Origin: an archaeon
Lineage (GTDB): Archaea > Nanobdellota > Nanobdellia > Woesearchaeales > UBA9642
NCBI GenBank assembly: GCA_020057295.1
Contig: JAGVGF010000001.1
Location: 96,001 to 160,000, forward strand
Direction: 5' to 3'
DNA: 64,000 nucleotides
The translations under genes were made by a program, and so were the position numbers. Under the pieces are notes generated by a model. That model did no database searches, was not told the DNA's origin, and worked only from the letters and a program-made list of their open reading frames with translations. This document shows, in pieces, positions 18,906-28,721 of this stretch (positions are counted from its first letter, which is position 1; every line of letters begins with the position of its first letter).

Positions 18906-19913
18906 TTATACACTATAATTCAAAGCATTTAATGCACCGTATAGACTGGTGTCTGTTTCTATAAGCACTATAACTGTTACCCTTTCAAGTATCTTACGCA
19001 TGCTTTCGATGTTGTGTTGTACAAATTCTTCAACAAACACATCTTGTAATACTGATAAAATTTTTGGAGCTATACCGCCAGCTAGCACTAATTCTGTGCT
19101 TAAAGTAGTTAATACGAGATTTCTGGATGCTCGCGCATAATACTTTATGAATAATTCAATAACTCTTAAACATAAAGTGTCCTTATCTTCTAAAGCGTAT
19201 TTAGTAATTAATGCAGGCTTATCTTCAAATCTTGCTTTTGATATTATCTTTTTTACATTAAGATTATGTTTAACCTTCTGTGTCTTTAGGAAATCGTAAA
19301 TATTTACTATTCCTCTACCAGATATAACATCTTCTGCATCCCTGTAAAGTTTCTTTTTTAGCATAAACGTTTGAAATTTTATATCTATAGGATCATTAGT
19401 TATAATTGATAAATCTACATGTCCGCCTTCTGAAGCTAATGGAATGTGTCTATCTGAAGAATAGGGTAGTATACTTACACCAAGTCCTGTACCTGCACCA
19501 ATAATTACTATATTACCATTCATATTACTACCATTATTTGTTAATTCAACATATTGAGTGTTTTTTAGTATATCAATACTAAAGCCTATAGCTTCAAAAT
19601 CGTTTAGTAATGTGATATATTTTATTTTAGTATGTTTAATTATTTCGTGTGCATCAACTGCCCATTCAAGATTTGTTAACTTAACAAATGTTCTATCAGA
19701 ATTTGGTGTACCAGCTACAGCTATTGATGCAGTATTAATATGGTATTGCTTACATTCACTTAGAAAATTTTTTATTATGTCTGTAAAATTTGTAATTTCA
19801 GAACTCGGATAAATTTTTTTTAATAATATATTATATTTGTCATCTATAACTGCTAATGCACTCTTAGTGCCTCCAACATCCGCAACAAGATAATGCTTAC
19901 TCTTAAAAAACAT
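18906..19913 (-). CDS. glk: bacterial-type ATP glucokinase
   Basis: ADVGGT, LTNL.W, NDFEA, GAGTGLG, SEGGH and GGIAPKI motifs. Confidence 0.93.
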   Translation of the reverse strand: MFFKSKHYLVADVGGTKSALAVIDDKYNILLKKIYPSSEITNFTDIIKNFLSECKQYHINTASIAVAGTPNSDRTFVKLTNLEWAVDAHEIIKHTKIKYITLLNDFEAIGFSIDILKNTQYVELTNNGSNMNGNIVIIGAGTGLGVSILPYSSDRHIPLASEGGHVDLSIITNDPIDIKFQTFMLKKKLYRDAEDVISGRGIVNIYDFLKTQKVKHNLNVKKIISKARFEDKPALITKYALEDKDTLCLRVIELFIKYYARASRNLVLTTLSTELVLAGGIAPKILSVLQDVFVEEFVQHNIESMRKILERVTVIVLIETDTSLYGALNALNYSV

Positions 19914-19948
19914 CTACTCACCTCAAAATATGTAATATTTGTATAACT

Positions 19949-20971
19949 TTAGATAAAAGGGCCCATCTCTTTCTTAAACTTTTCTATAACATCCACAGGC
20001 GTTGGATCTGTAGAATAATTTATTGCCAGATGATAAGATACTAAATCGCCAATATATATTGTGGTGAACATTTTAGTTAATATGCTATCTCCACGAATAG
20101 TAATCTCGGTAAATTTTACTGCATCATTAGTCATTTCCTTAACCAACTTTCTAGTAATTTCCATCCTTTTTATTACACGCCTATGATCATCTTCATTTTG
20201 TAATATTATTACGTGTATTGGAATGTTCAATTTGTTAAGGTTTAAGTATCCATTTAGCTCATTATGATTCAATTCTGGAAATTTATGACAAAACGCTGGA
20301 ATTTTAGTATTTTCGTTAATTTCACATTTCCATCTATAAGCTATAGCATAAAATGTATTTGATGAGTATATAATTGGTAGTTTACCATATAATTTTAATG
20401 CAATATCATATCCTATCCTGTCAAAGCTTGACTGATTTTTTTTAAGATTATCAATCAAATTCTTTACATCCTCACCATTATTACTTACTATGCCTGCGTT
20501 TTCTAAAACTCTTAACATCGGAAAGAATAAGTATGCAACAGCATTTCTAGGTTGATAACCTTTAGGAATGATAACGCAAGGCAATCTATTAATTCTAGAA
20601 TATTCTTCCAGCTTACCGCCAGTAGTTATTATTAATATATTTAAATTTTTCTTTAGAGCTTCTCTATAACAGGATATGCTTTCTTCAGTATTACCTGAGT
20701 ATGAAACAATAAATATTAATGAATTTTTATCAGCATATTCCGGTAAAGTATATCCTTGAACATTAAATATAGGTATCTTAATCTTCAACATTGCAAAGTA
20801 TGACTCTAATAATTGTCCGCTAATACTTGAACCACCCATACCACAAACAAATATTTTATCAGGTGTGCCTTTAAGATTAACATTTCTACCAAGATTATAT
20901 CCTTCTTTGATTTGTTCTGGTAGGCTGTTGATGACGCCTAACATGTTCTCTTTATCGTATATTCCCGGCAT
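19949..20971 (-). CDS. bifunctional phosphoglucose/phosphomannose isomerase
   Basis: GMGGS, SYSGNTEE, INENTK and PELNHNE motifs. Confidence 0.93.
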   Translation of the reverse strand: MPGIYDKENMLGVINSLPEQIKEGYNLGRNVNLKGTPDKIFVCGMGGSSISGQLLESYFAMLKIKIPIFNVQGYTLPEYADKNSLIFIVSYSGNTEESISCYREALKKNLNILIITTGGKLEEYSRINRLPCVIIPKGYQPRNAVAYLFFPMLRVLENAGIVSNNGEDVKNLIDNLKKNQSSFDRIGYDIALKLYGKLPIIYSSNTFYAIAYRWKCEINENTKIPAFCHKFPELNHNELNGYLNLNKLNIPIHVIILQNEDDHRRVIKRMEITRKLVKEMTNDAVKFTEITIRGDSILTKMFTTIYIGDLVSYHLAINYSTDPTPVDVIEKFKKEMGPFI

Positions 20972-21054
20972 AAATTATTACCGGAATTACGGATATTTAA
21001 ATGTTATTGATTGTTAATCATTAAATTTATAAGAATATATTTTTTCACAAGTTT

Positions 21055-22443
21055 ATGAGCAATAAATCAGTATTAATTAATAAAGTGTTATCTAAAAAAT
21101 CAAGTAAGACATTAGTTTGTATTAAGACATTTGGATGTTCTATTAATCATTCAGACTCTGAAGTTATGGCAGGATTATTACAAGAAGCAGGATATGATGT
21201 TATTAATTCTTATAGTGGAGAAGTTGAGAATAATGACACAATTTCTGATACTGCTGATGCAATTATAATTAATACATGTTCTGTTAAGAATTTGGCTGAA
21301 TCAAAATTTTTTCGTGAATTGCGTAAATGGCAAGATAAAGATGTTAAGATAATAGTTGCTGGATGTATACCTCAAGCCGAGCCAGAGTTATTGAACACGA
21401 AATTGAAAGATGTATCGGTGATTGGTACAAGACAATTAGTACATGTAGTGGATATATTAAAAGAGACTCTCAATGGAGAAATCATACATAATATTAATAA
21501 TGATAAAAATGATCGTTTAAACCTTCCTAAAATTCGAAAAACAGGAATAATAGAAATATTGCCTATATCTGAGGGTTGTCTTAGTAGCTGTACATATTGT
21601 AAAACCAAATTAGCTAGGGGAAACTTGTTATCTTATCCTAAAGAAAAGATAATTAAACAATTTAAAGCAGCATTAGCTGATGGTTGTAAAGAGTTCTGGA
21701 TAACAAGTCAAGATAATGGTTGTTACGGGTTTGATATTTATAGGAAAGAAAAATATTTCTTACCACAATTATTAAATGATTTGCTAAGCATTGATGGAGA
21801 ATTTCGTATAAGACTGGGGATGAGCAATCCTGATCATGTTGATAGAATAAAAAACGAGTTAGTTGAAACATTCAAACACGCTAAAATGTACAAATTCTTA
21901 CATATACCGATACAATCTGGCAACGACAGGGTTCTAAAGAGCATGAAAAGATGTTATACTGTGAAAGAATTCAATGGAATAATAGATTTATTTCGCAGGG
22001 AAATACCTGAAATAACTATAAGTACAGATATAATTGTTGGATTTCCAGATGAGGCAGACAGAGAGTTTGAAGATACTGTAAAATTAGTAAAACATGTTAA
22101 TTTTGATGTATTAAATCTTAGCAGATTTTGGTTAAGAAAGGGAACAGAAGCAGAAAGCATGAAACAACTATACAGTGCAGTCATAAAGAAACGAGCGGAA
22201 TATCTAAAAAAATTATTTGATGGATTGTCAGAAAATAATAATAAAAAATTTTTAAATAAAGAATTCACCGTATTAATTGATGAATTAGGAAGACATGATT
22301 CATTGATTGCTAGAGATGAATATTATAAACATATTGTTATAAAAAATTCAACACAAAATTATAAGATAGGTGATTTTGTTAAAGTAAAAATCTCGTCTAT
22401 CACGCGTTATGATTTAGTCGGAGAAGTAATAGAAAAAGTATGA
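21055..22443 (+). CDS. tRNA t6A37 methylthiotransferase (MtaB/CDKAL1-type radical SAM)
   Basis: TFGCSINHSDSE UPF0004 domain, GCLSSCTYCKTK radical SAM motif and C-terminal TRAM. Confidence 0.92.
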   Translation: MSNKSVLINKVLSKKSSKTLVCIKTFGCSINHSDSEVMAGLLQEAGYDVINSYSGEVENNDTISDTADAIIINTCSVKNLAESKFFRELRKWQDKDVKIIVAGCIPQAEPELLNTKLKDVSVIGTRQLVHVVDILKETLNGEIIHNINNDKNDRLNLPKIRKTGIIEILPISEGCLSSCTYCKTKLARGNLLSYPKEKIIKQFKAALADGCKEFWITSQDNGCYGFDIYRKEKYFLPQLLNDLLSIDGEFRIRLGMSNPDHVDRIKNELVETFKHAKMYKFLHIPIQSGNDRVLKSMKRCYTVKEFNGIIDLFRREIPEITISTDIIVGFPDEADREFEDTVKLVKHVNFDVLNLSRFWLRKGTEAESMKQLYSAVIKKRAEYLKKLFDGLSENNNKKFLNKEFTVLIDELGRHDSLIARDEYYKHIVIKNSTQNYKIGDFVKVKISSITRYDLVGEVIEKV

Positions 22444-22501
22444 TAATGTATGAAAAATAGTAATATTTAAATAGTAATCGCATAAAATTATTCTAGGGGT
22501 T

Positions 22502-23323
22502 GTGATGAAAGAGCGTATAACATTAACAATAGAAAGAGATATATTAGAGAAAATAGATAATAAAGTCGATGGCTCTATGGTGAAGAATAGAAGTCATGCT
22601 GTAGAGTTGTTATTATTGAAAGCGATGTCTTCTAACAGATTAAGAAAAGCCATATTATTAGCTGGCGGCGAAGGAGATAAACATAAAAAAGTTTCAGTGT
22701 TAGATAATGTTCATGAAAAAACGTTGCTTGAATGGAATATTAAATTATTAAAGAGATATGGTGTTAAAGAATTATTAATATGTATACCAAAAGGATATGA
22801 AAACATTAAAGAAAAATTTAATATGCACAGCATGGGAATGGATATTAAATATTTTGATGAGGAATATCTTATGGGAACTGCAGGTTCCTTAAAGGCTGTT
22901 AAAGATTTTATTACAGAAACGACTGCAGTATGTTACTCTGATGATTTAAAAAAAGTCGATCTAGATGACATGTATGAGTTTCATAAAAACAACAACAAAT
23001 TATGTACTATAGCATTAACAACAGTTGATGATCCATCAAATTTTGGTGTGGCATTAATGAATGGTAATAGAATAATAACATTTATAGAAAAACCGCCTAA
23101 AGAATCTGCACCATCAAAACTTATCAATGCAGGAGTCTTTATTATAGAACCAGAAATATTGAAATTTATACCTGAAGGTTTCTCAATGATCGAACAAGAT
23201 GTTTTTCCTAAATTAGCAAAACACGATAATCTAATAGGATATGTATTCAGCGGTCAATGGCTAAAAATTAAAACTGTAGAGGATTTGGAAAAAGCTAAAA
23301 AAGAATGGAAAGGAATAAAATAG
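22502..23323 (+). CDS. ribbon-helix-helix fused to a sugar-phosphate nucleotidyltransferase-like domain
   Basis: ERITLTIERDILEKID...NRSHAVELLL, then AILLAGG, GTAGSL, EKP and INAGVF. Confidence 0.85.
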   Translation: MMKERITLTIERDILEKIDNKVDGSMVKNRSHAVELLLLKAMSSNRLRKAILLAGGEGDKHKKVSVLDNVHEKTLLEWNIKLLKRYGVKELLICIPKGYENIKEKFNMHSMGMDIKYFDEEYLMGTAGSLKAVKDFITETTAVCYSDDLKKVDLDDMYEFHKNNNKLCTIALTTVDDPSNFGVALMNGNRIITFIEKPPKESAPSKLINAGVFIIEPEILKFIPEGFSMIEQDVFPKLAKHDNLIGYVFSGQWLKIKTVEDLEKAKKEWKGIK

Positions 23324-23327
23324 GTGT

Positions 23328-24713
23328 ATGATGGGATTATTCCACGAATATGATATACGCGGAATTTACGGTACAGAGTTAACTGAAGAATTTGCATATA
23401 AGCTAGGATATGCAGCAATAAATTATACACACGCTAAAAAAGTTGTTATAGGCTATGATTCTCGTAAGGGCAATATTAAACTTTTTTCTGCGTTAGCAAA
23501 ATCTTTAACCGAACAAGGAATAAATATTGTACATGCAGGACTAATTTCTAGGCCAATGCTTAATTGGATTGCATGGCATTATAAGTTTGATTTAGGAATA
23601 ATTATTACAGCATCACATAATCCTAAAGAGTACAACGGATTTAAATTTATACACAAAGGAAGATTATTAAATTATGACAATGGTTTAAATAAAGTTGAAG
23701 AAATTTTATCAAATAAAAAATTTAAATCAAAAAAATCTTCAAAGAAAGGAAAAATAATTTCTAAAGATTATATCGATGAGTATGTTAAATTTCTTTCAAA
23801 CCATTTATCTCCAGATTTTAAAAAATATAATAATAAAAAACATATAAGGATTGTTGCCGATGCATCTAACGGCGCAGCTGGAGAGATAATAAAAAGATTT
23901 ATGTTGTACAACGATATAAACTTTGATTTAATATTTTCTGATCCTGACGGAACATTCTATTGTCATAATCCGAATCCCTTAGATGATAATGCACTTGTTG
24001 TCTTATCAAAAAAGGTTGTTGAAACTAAAGCAAATCTTGGATTTGTTGTTGATCCTGATGCAGATAGAATACGTTTTGTAGATGAAAAAGGCATTATCGT
24101 CGAAAATAATTATTTGGATTGTATAATTGTTAAAGATTTATTGAAGAAATATAAGAAAGGGGTAATAGTTCATGATATCGTGTCTAGAAAAATATTGTCA
24201 GAAACAATTAGAAAACATAAAGGTATAAATATTGTTTCACAAGTTGGCACATCACATATCGTACAACACATGGTCAATAACAACGCAATCTTTGCTTGTG
24301 AAATGTCAGGACACAGATATTTTAGGGTAATGAATAATTTAGATTCTGGAATGATGATGTTTGTTTATACATTAAATAGTCTATATAATAAAGAGCATCG
24401 TGATAAAAAGTTTTCTAAATTATGGACTAAGTATAATAAATATTTGGATGTTGGTGAATTAAATTATCATTTAGATAATAATGATGTCAAAGATAAAGTT
24501 TTAAATAAAATTTATGAACATTATAAAAATTTCAAAAAGCAACACAAAGTAAAACACGAATATTTAATTGATGGAATTAGTGTTGTAACTAAAACTTATT
24601 GGTTCACAATAAGAAAAAGCAATACCGAGCCAACTTTACGTCTAAGAATTGAAGGTAAAAATAAGAAGGAATTATTAAAAGTTCAAAAACATTTAGAAAA
24701 ATTTATCAAATAA
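23328..24713 (+). CDS. phosphomannomutase/phosphoglucomutase
   Basis: YDIRG, TASHNP, DPDADR, EMSGH and SNTEP motifs. Confidence 0.95.
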   Translation: MMGLFHEYDIRGIYGTELTEEFAYKLGYAAINYTHAKKVVIGYDSRKGNIKLFSALAKSLTEQGINIVHAGLISRPMLNWIAWHYKFDLGIIITASHNPKEYNGFKFIHKGRLLNYDNGLNKVEEILSNKKFKSKKSSKKGKIISKDYIDEYVKFLSNHLSPDFKKYNNKKHIRIVADASNGAAGEIIKRFMLYNDINFDLIFSDPDGTFYCHNPNPLDDNALVVLSKKVVETKANLGFVVDPDADRIRFVDEKGIIVENNYLDCIIVKDLLKKYKKGVIVHDIVSRKILSETIRKHKGINIVSQVGTSHIVQHMVNNNAIFACEMSGHRYFRVMNNLDSGMMMFVYTLNSLYNKEHRDKKFSKLWTKYNKYLDVGELNYHLDNNDVKDKVLNKIYEHYKNFKKQHKVKHEYLIDGISVVTKTYWFTIRKSNTEPTLRLRIEGKNKKELLKVQKHLEKFIK

Positions 24714-24717
24714 TAAT

Positions 24718-25275
24718 TTATTCTTCCCAAACCAATTCGCTATCTCGATATTTTAAATTTGCAAATTTCGAATGTATCATTTGATGATGATTAGGACATA
24801 ACAAAACATAATCATGCATATTCTTTTTATTGTATGCTTTTAATATTTTTGAATTCGACTCTTTCTTATTGTCTAAACAATGTATTTCAGTGATTGCATT
24901 GAATTCGCAAATAAAACATTTATTGTCTAGGATTTCTTTGATTTTCTTTTCTATATTCTTCGTATATTTTGTCGATTTTTTTAAATAATACTTTCTTAAA
25001 CATTCATCACTACAAAACTTTTGTGTCTTCATTTTTTTGACTATAATTTTTCCGCAATGTAAACATTTTCTTTTTGATAAATCAAAATTTGCGAAAAGAT
25101 TAACTGCATTTTGCCAACTTCCAAAACGGTCCGCATAGGATTTAACGCTTGGATAACCTTCCTTTTTAGAAATATCTTCTTCTCTTGGAACCCTATTTAA
25201 TTCATCCATTAACTTCTTGAAATAGAATTCTAATTGTTCCCTAGTATATTTACGCTTGTGCATCAAACCCCACAA
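24718..25275 (-). CDS. HNH endonuclease-like protein with homing-endonuclease-associated repeat and Zn finger
   Basis: YPSVKSYADRFGSWQNA repeat, CLHC...FCSDEC and CFIC...EIH...LCPNHH. Confidence 0.75.
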   Translation of the reverse strand: MWGLMHKRKYTREQLEFYFKKLMDELNRVPREEDISKKEGYPSVKSYADRFGSWQNAVNLFANFDLSKRKCLHCGKIIVKKMKTQKFCSDECLRKYYLKKSTKYTKNIEKKIKEILDNKCFICEFNAITEIHCLDNKKESNSKILKAYNKKNMHDYVLLCPNHHQMIHSKFANLKYRDSELVWEE

Positions 25276-25305
25276 ACAGACTATATGTATAGAACTATAT
25301 AAATT

Positions 25306-26334
25306 TTATTCTTTCCAATTAACTTTAATATCGTCAGTTCTCTCGTATGGATTAATATGTGATGTTTCTATCTTTGTAATATTTCCTGCATTATACATTT
25401 TTATTCCTAATACTGCAATCATTCCAGCATTATCAACTAAGTATTGATTTTCGGGAATTATACATTTCGCGTTTCTATCCTTGCACATTTGCTGTGCCAT
25501 CTCTTTGAGTCTAGAATTACACGCGACTCCTCCGCCTAGGACTAATTCATTTTTTTCACAATGTGCCATTGCACGTTCAGAAACTTCTAATAACATTGCA
25601 AATACTGTTTCTTCTACTGAATAACATATATCTTCAATCTGTTCTTGTGTTTTTAATTCATTGTTACGAATCTTGTTTCTAAGTATTGTTTGTAATCCTG
25701 AAAATGATACGTCCATTCCTTTAACATTATATGGTAACTCGATATATTTAGCATTTCTTTCCTTTGCTTTTTGTGCCATTAAATCAATTTTTGGTCCTGC
25801 TGGAAATCCTAGTCCTAAATCTCTACCGAATGAATCTAGAAAATTTCCTATGCCCACATCTAATGTTTCTCCAAAAACTCTGTACTTTCCACCATCGTAT
25901 GCAATAATTTGAGTGTTTGCTCCTGATGCATATAATAATACAGGATCTGAACTATCATAAATAGTAGCAATTTCTAAATGTGCAACACAATGATTCACAC
26001 CGATTAATGGAATTTTTAATTGTAAAGAAAGAGATCTTGCAACTGCACTTCCTATTCTTAACGCATGTCCTATTCCTGGACCTTGAGAAAATGATATTAA
26101 TTGAATATCATCAAGAGATTTTTTTGAGATATTTAATGCTTCTTTTATTACTCGGTCAAAACATTCTACATGATGTTCTGATAACATAACAGGAACAAGT
26201 CCTCCTTTTTCTGTCTTATACATATCTCTAACATTAGATAAAACATTAAACTTATCTTTCTCATATAATACAACACTTGCACCAAACGTGTGTGCAGTTG
26301 TCTCTATCCCTAAACATAATAAAGATTTCTTCAT
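25306..26334 (-). CDS. kae1: KEOPS t6A synthase Kae1
   Basis: GIETTAHT, HCVAHLE, SGANTQ, GETLD and DNAGMIA motifs. Confidence 0.95.
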   Translation of the reverse strand: MKKSLLCLGIETTAHTFGASVVLYEKDKFNVLSNVRDMYKTEKGGLVPVMLSEHHVECFDRVIKEALNISKKSLDDIQLISFSQGPGIGHALRIGSAVARSLSLQLKIPLIGVNHCVAHLEIATIYDSSDPVLLYASGANTQIIAYDGGKYRVFGETLDVGIGNFLDSFGRDLGLGFPAGPKIDLMAQKAKERNAKYIELPYNVKGMDVSFSGLQTILRNKIRNNELKTQEQIEDICYSVEETVFAMLLEVSERAMAHCEKNELVLGGGVACNSRLKEMAQQMCKDRNAKCIIPENQYLVDNAGMIAVLGIKMYNAGNITKIETSHINPYERTDDIKVNWKE

Positions 26335-26374
26335 AGAATATAGAATAAATGTTATGTTTAAAAGGATTATGCTT

Positions 26375-26851
26375 CTAAAATTTTGTTTGTAGATATTCTG
26401 CAAATTTTTTTATTTCTGCTAGAGATTTTTGATTTTCTGGATTCTTATTATATGCAAATATTTTGCTGCCACGATGCTCTTTGGGAAAGTTATGAGGAAT
26501 AGGCACTATATGATAATGCAAATGATTAAAATTTTCTGCTTCTCCATAGAATAGATTGTATAATCTCTCGCATTTTAATTCCTGATATAATACTCTGCAT
26601 GTTTTTTCTAGTACTGCACCAAATTCTGCAAACTCTTCAGATGTTAATTCATGTGGTGAAATTATGTGTCTTTTTGCAGCAATAACGCTCCATCCATAAA
26701 TACTTGCAGGAACACTATGTTCAACTAGCCAATGTTCTGTTTGAAACATCGGCTCGTCTGTAGGACTGATTCTTCCGTTCTCTGTTCCAGGAAATCTACC
26801 TACATTAGATAGGCACGTATTACACGTTTCATCGATATGAACTTTATCCAT
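26375..26851 (-). CDS. HIT family hydrolase
   Basis: HLHYHIVP motif. Confidence 0.85.
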   Translation of the reverse strand: MDKVHIDETCNTCLSNVGRFPGTENGRISPTDEPMFQTEHWLVEHSVPASIYGWSVIAAKRHIISPHELTSEEFAEFGAVLEKTCRVLYQELKCERLYNLFYGEAENFNHLHYHIVPIPHNFPKEHRGSKIFAYNKNPENQKSLAEIKKFAEYLQTKF

Positions 26852-26951
26852 ACGATTAGTATATCGTGTAAATATATAAACGTTTTTATTTAATCACTAT
26901 TAAGTGACAAACAACCGTAAACTTTTTAAATACTTATTTATGCTAAAAATC

Positions 26952-27803
26952 ATGAGTGATTTCCCTTATGTTGAAACAATGTTCGGCTTAATGGCCGTAT
27001 ATGGAGCATATAAAATTCTTAGTTCTAAAAGTAAGACTACAAGACAATCTATTGAAACTACAACAAGTACATCAAGTGAAATAACATACAGAAAAAACAA
27101 ATCTCTTGAAGCACGTCTAGAATCTGAACCATTAAAAAATGGAACACATGATGACTTTGCCGTATTAATCAGTGGAATGACCGAAGAAAGACATGAAGAA
27201 AATATTAATTTAGCATATAATACATTAATTGGTTCTGGATACAAACCTGAAAATATTTACATACTTGATGATGATGGCAGATCTGATAGGAATTATCCTG
27301 TAGATGCTTCTGCAGAAAAATCCACTATAAAATTATTATTTGATCATCTAAAAAAAAGAGTCGATAATAAAGATTCATTATTTGTATACGTTACTAATCA
27401 TGGTGAAAAAGAAGATGATCAATCTTCAATATTATTATATGGTGAAGATGTTTATGAGAAAGATTTTGAAAAATATTTAACAGGAATTGAAGCAAAAATA
27501 GGAATATTAGTATTTGATCAATGTTATAGTGGAGGATTTGCCAAAAGATTAGGGAAAGGTAAATATGTTGCAATAGCAGCATGTCAACCTGATGAAAGTA
27601 GCAAGGAAAACACATTCCCACAAGCATTCTTCAAAGCATTCAAAGACACAATTGCAGATATTAATAAAGATGGCAGATTAAGTGTTGAAGAAGCATTCAT
27701 ATATGCTGCAAGTCACGATCGAAATGCCACACATGGTAATCAAAAACCAATGCTTATATCAGAATTAAATCCTAAAAAGATAATATTAGGATTATTTGAG
27801 TGA
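26952..27803 (+). CDS. clan CD cysteine peptidase (C13 legumain/caspase-like) with an N-terminal TM segment
   Basis: LFVYVTNHG and VFDQCYSGGF dyad; DINKDGRLSVEEAF. Confidence 0.85.
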   Translation: MSDFPYVETMFGLMAVYGAYKILSSKSKTTRQSIETTTSTSSEITYRKNKSLEARLESEPLKNGTHDDFAVLISGMTEERHEENINLAYNTLIGSGYKPENIYILDDDGRSDRNYPVDASAEKSTIKLLFDHLKKRVDNKDSLFVYVTNHGEKEDDQSSILLYGEDVYEKDFEKYLTGIEAKIGILVFDQCYSGGFAKRLGKGKYVAIAACQPDESSKENTFPQAFFKAFKDTIADINKDGRLSVEEAFIYAASHDRNATHGNQKPMLISELNPKKIILGLFE

Positions 27804-27809
27804 TAAAAT

Positions 27810-28559
27810 ATGATTAGAAAATTATGGTATAACATAACACAACCATTAGTTACACCTCCAGAGACAGTAACTGAAAGTATAACTATGAGATCAGTATATA
27901 CAGTTCCTAAAGAATTAAAAGATGCTATAAGACATATTGATAAAAGTTGTGATGATATTAAAGCATATGGATGGATGCCTGTAAGTATTAACTTATGGAA
28001 TTATATACGAAATGAAGAACATAATAGATTAATGATTCCAGGACAGAAAGTTCTTGAATTAGGATCAGGAAGTGGATGTGGACTATTAACATGGTCATAC
28101 AAAGGATATCCTGTAACAGGAATTGAATTAATCGCAGATTTAGAACAAAAATCACGCTCATTATTAGCAGAATATCCAGAACTAACAAAAGCACCAATAA
28201 CAATCTTACAAGGAAGTTATTATCCTAAAAGATATATTCTTGACAGAAACAAAGGATTACATAAAAAAGTTATACAATTAGAACAACAAGAAGTAAGAAA
28301 TTGGAGCGAAAGATATGTTAAGGAAACATTCCATCCAACATGTGGTGTTGACATTTATGAAAAGAACGGAATTTCAATAAAAGATTTCGATGTAATATAT
28401 GCATACTTATGGCAGTACCAATTCCCATCAGTTCTAGACATGTTCAAAAAACATGCACGAAAAGACTCCGTGTTTCTAGCCATCGGACCAAACCACAGAG
28501 AAATAGCACAATCATTAGGACTTCGAACGTACAAACATAGTCATGTAATAACGAAATAA
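27810..28559 (+). CDS. class I SAM-dependent methyltransferase
   Basis: VLELGSGSG, TGIE and FDVIYAY motifs. Confidence 0.8.
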   Translation: MIRKLWYNITQPLVTPPETVTESITMRSVYTVPKELKDAIRHIDKSCDDIKAYGWMPVSINLWNYIRNEEHNRLMIPGQKVLELGSGSGCGLLTWSYKGYPVTGIELIADLEQKSRSLLAEYPELTKAPITILQGSYYPKRYILDRNKGLHKKVIQLEQQEVRNWSERYVKETFHPTCGVDIYEKNGISIKDFDVIYAYLWQYQFPSVLDMFKKHARKDSVFLAIGPNHREIAQSLGLRTYKHSHVITK

Positions 28560-28688
28560 ATAATTCTACAGAAAAATAATATAATAATATTTCTAAAATA
28601 TAGCTCTCGCTATTCCTTAATTATTTTTATGAATTTCATAGCTAAAGCTATGTTCTATTAATACATTTTCTAGAAGAAAATGATGAAT

Positions 28689-28701
28689 AGACCGTGTATA
28701 G
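28689..28701 (-). other. 3' arm of the 23S processing stem (pairs with 31656..31668)
   Basis: 13-bp inverted repeat AGACCGTGTATAG/CTATACACGGTCT next to a 3-nt bulge and a GATG/CATC helix (BHB-like). Confidence 0.75.
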
Positions 28702-28721
28702 TTGTGGACCTGAATTAGATA

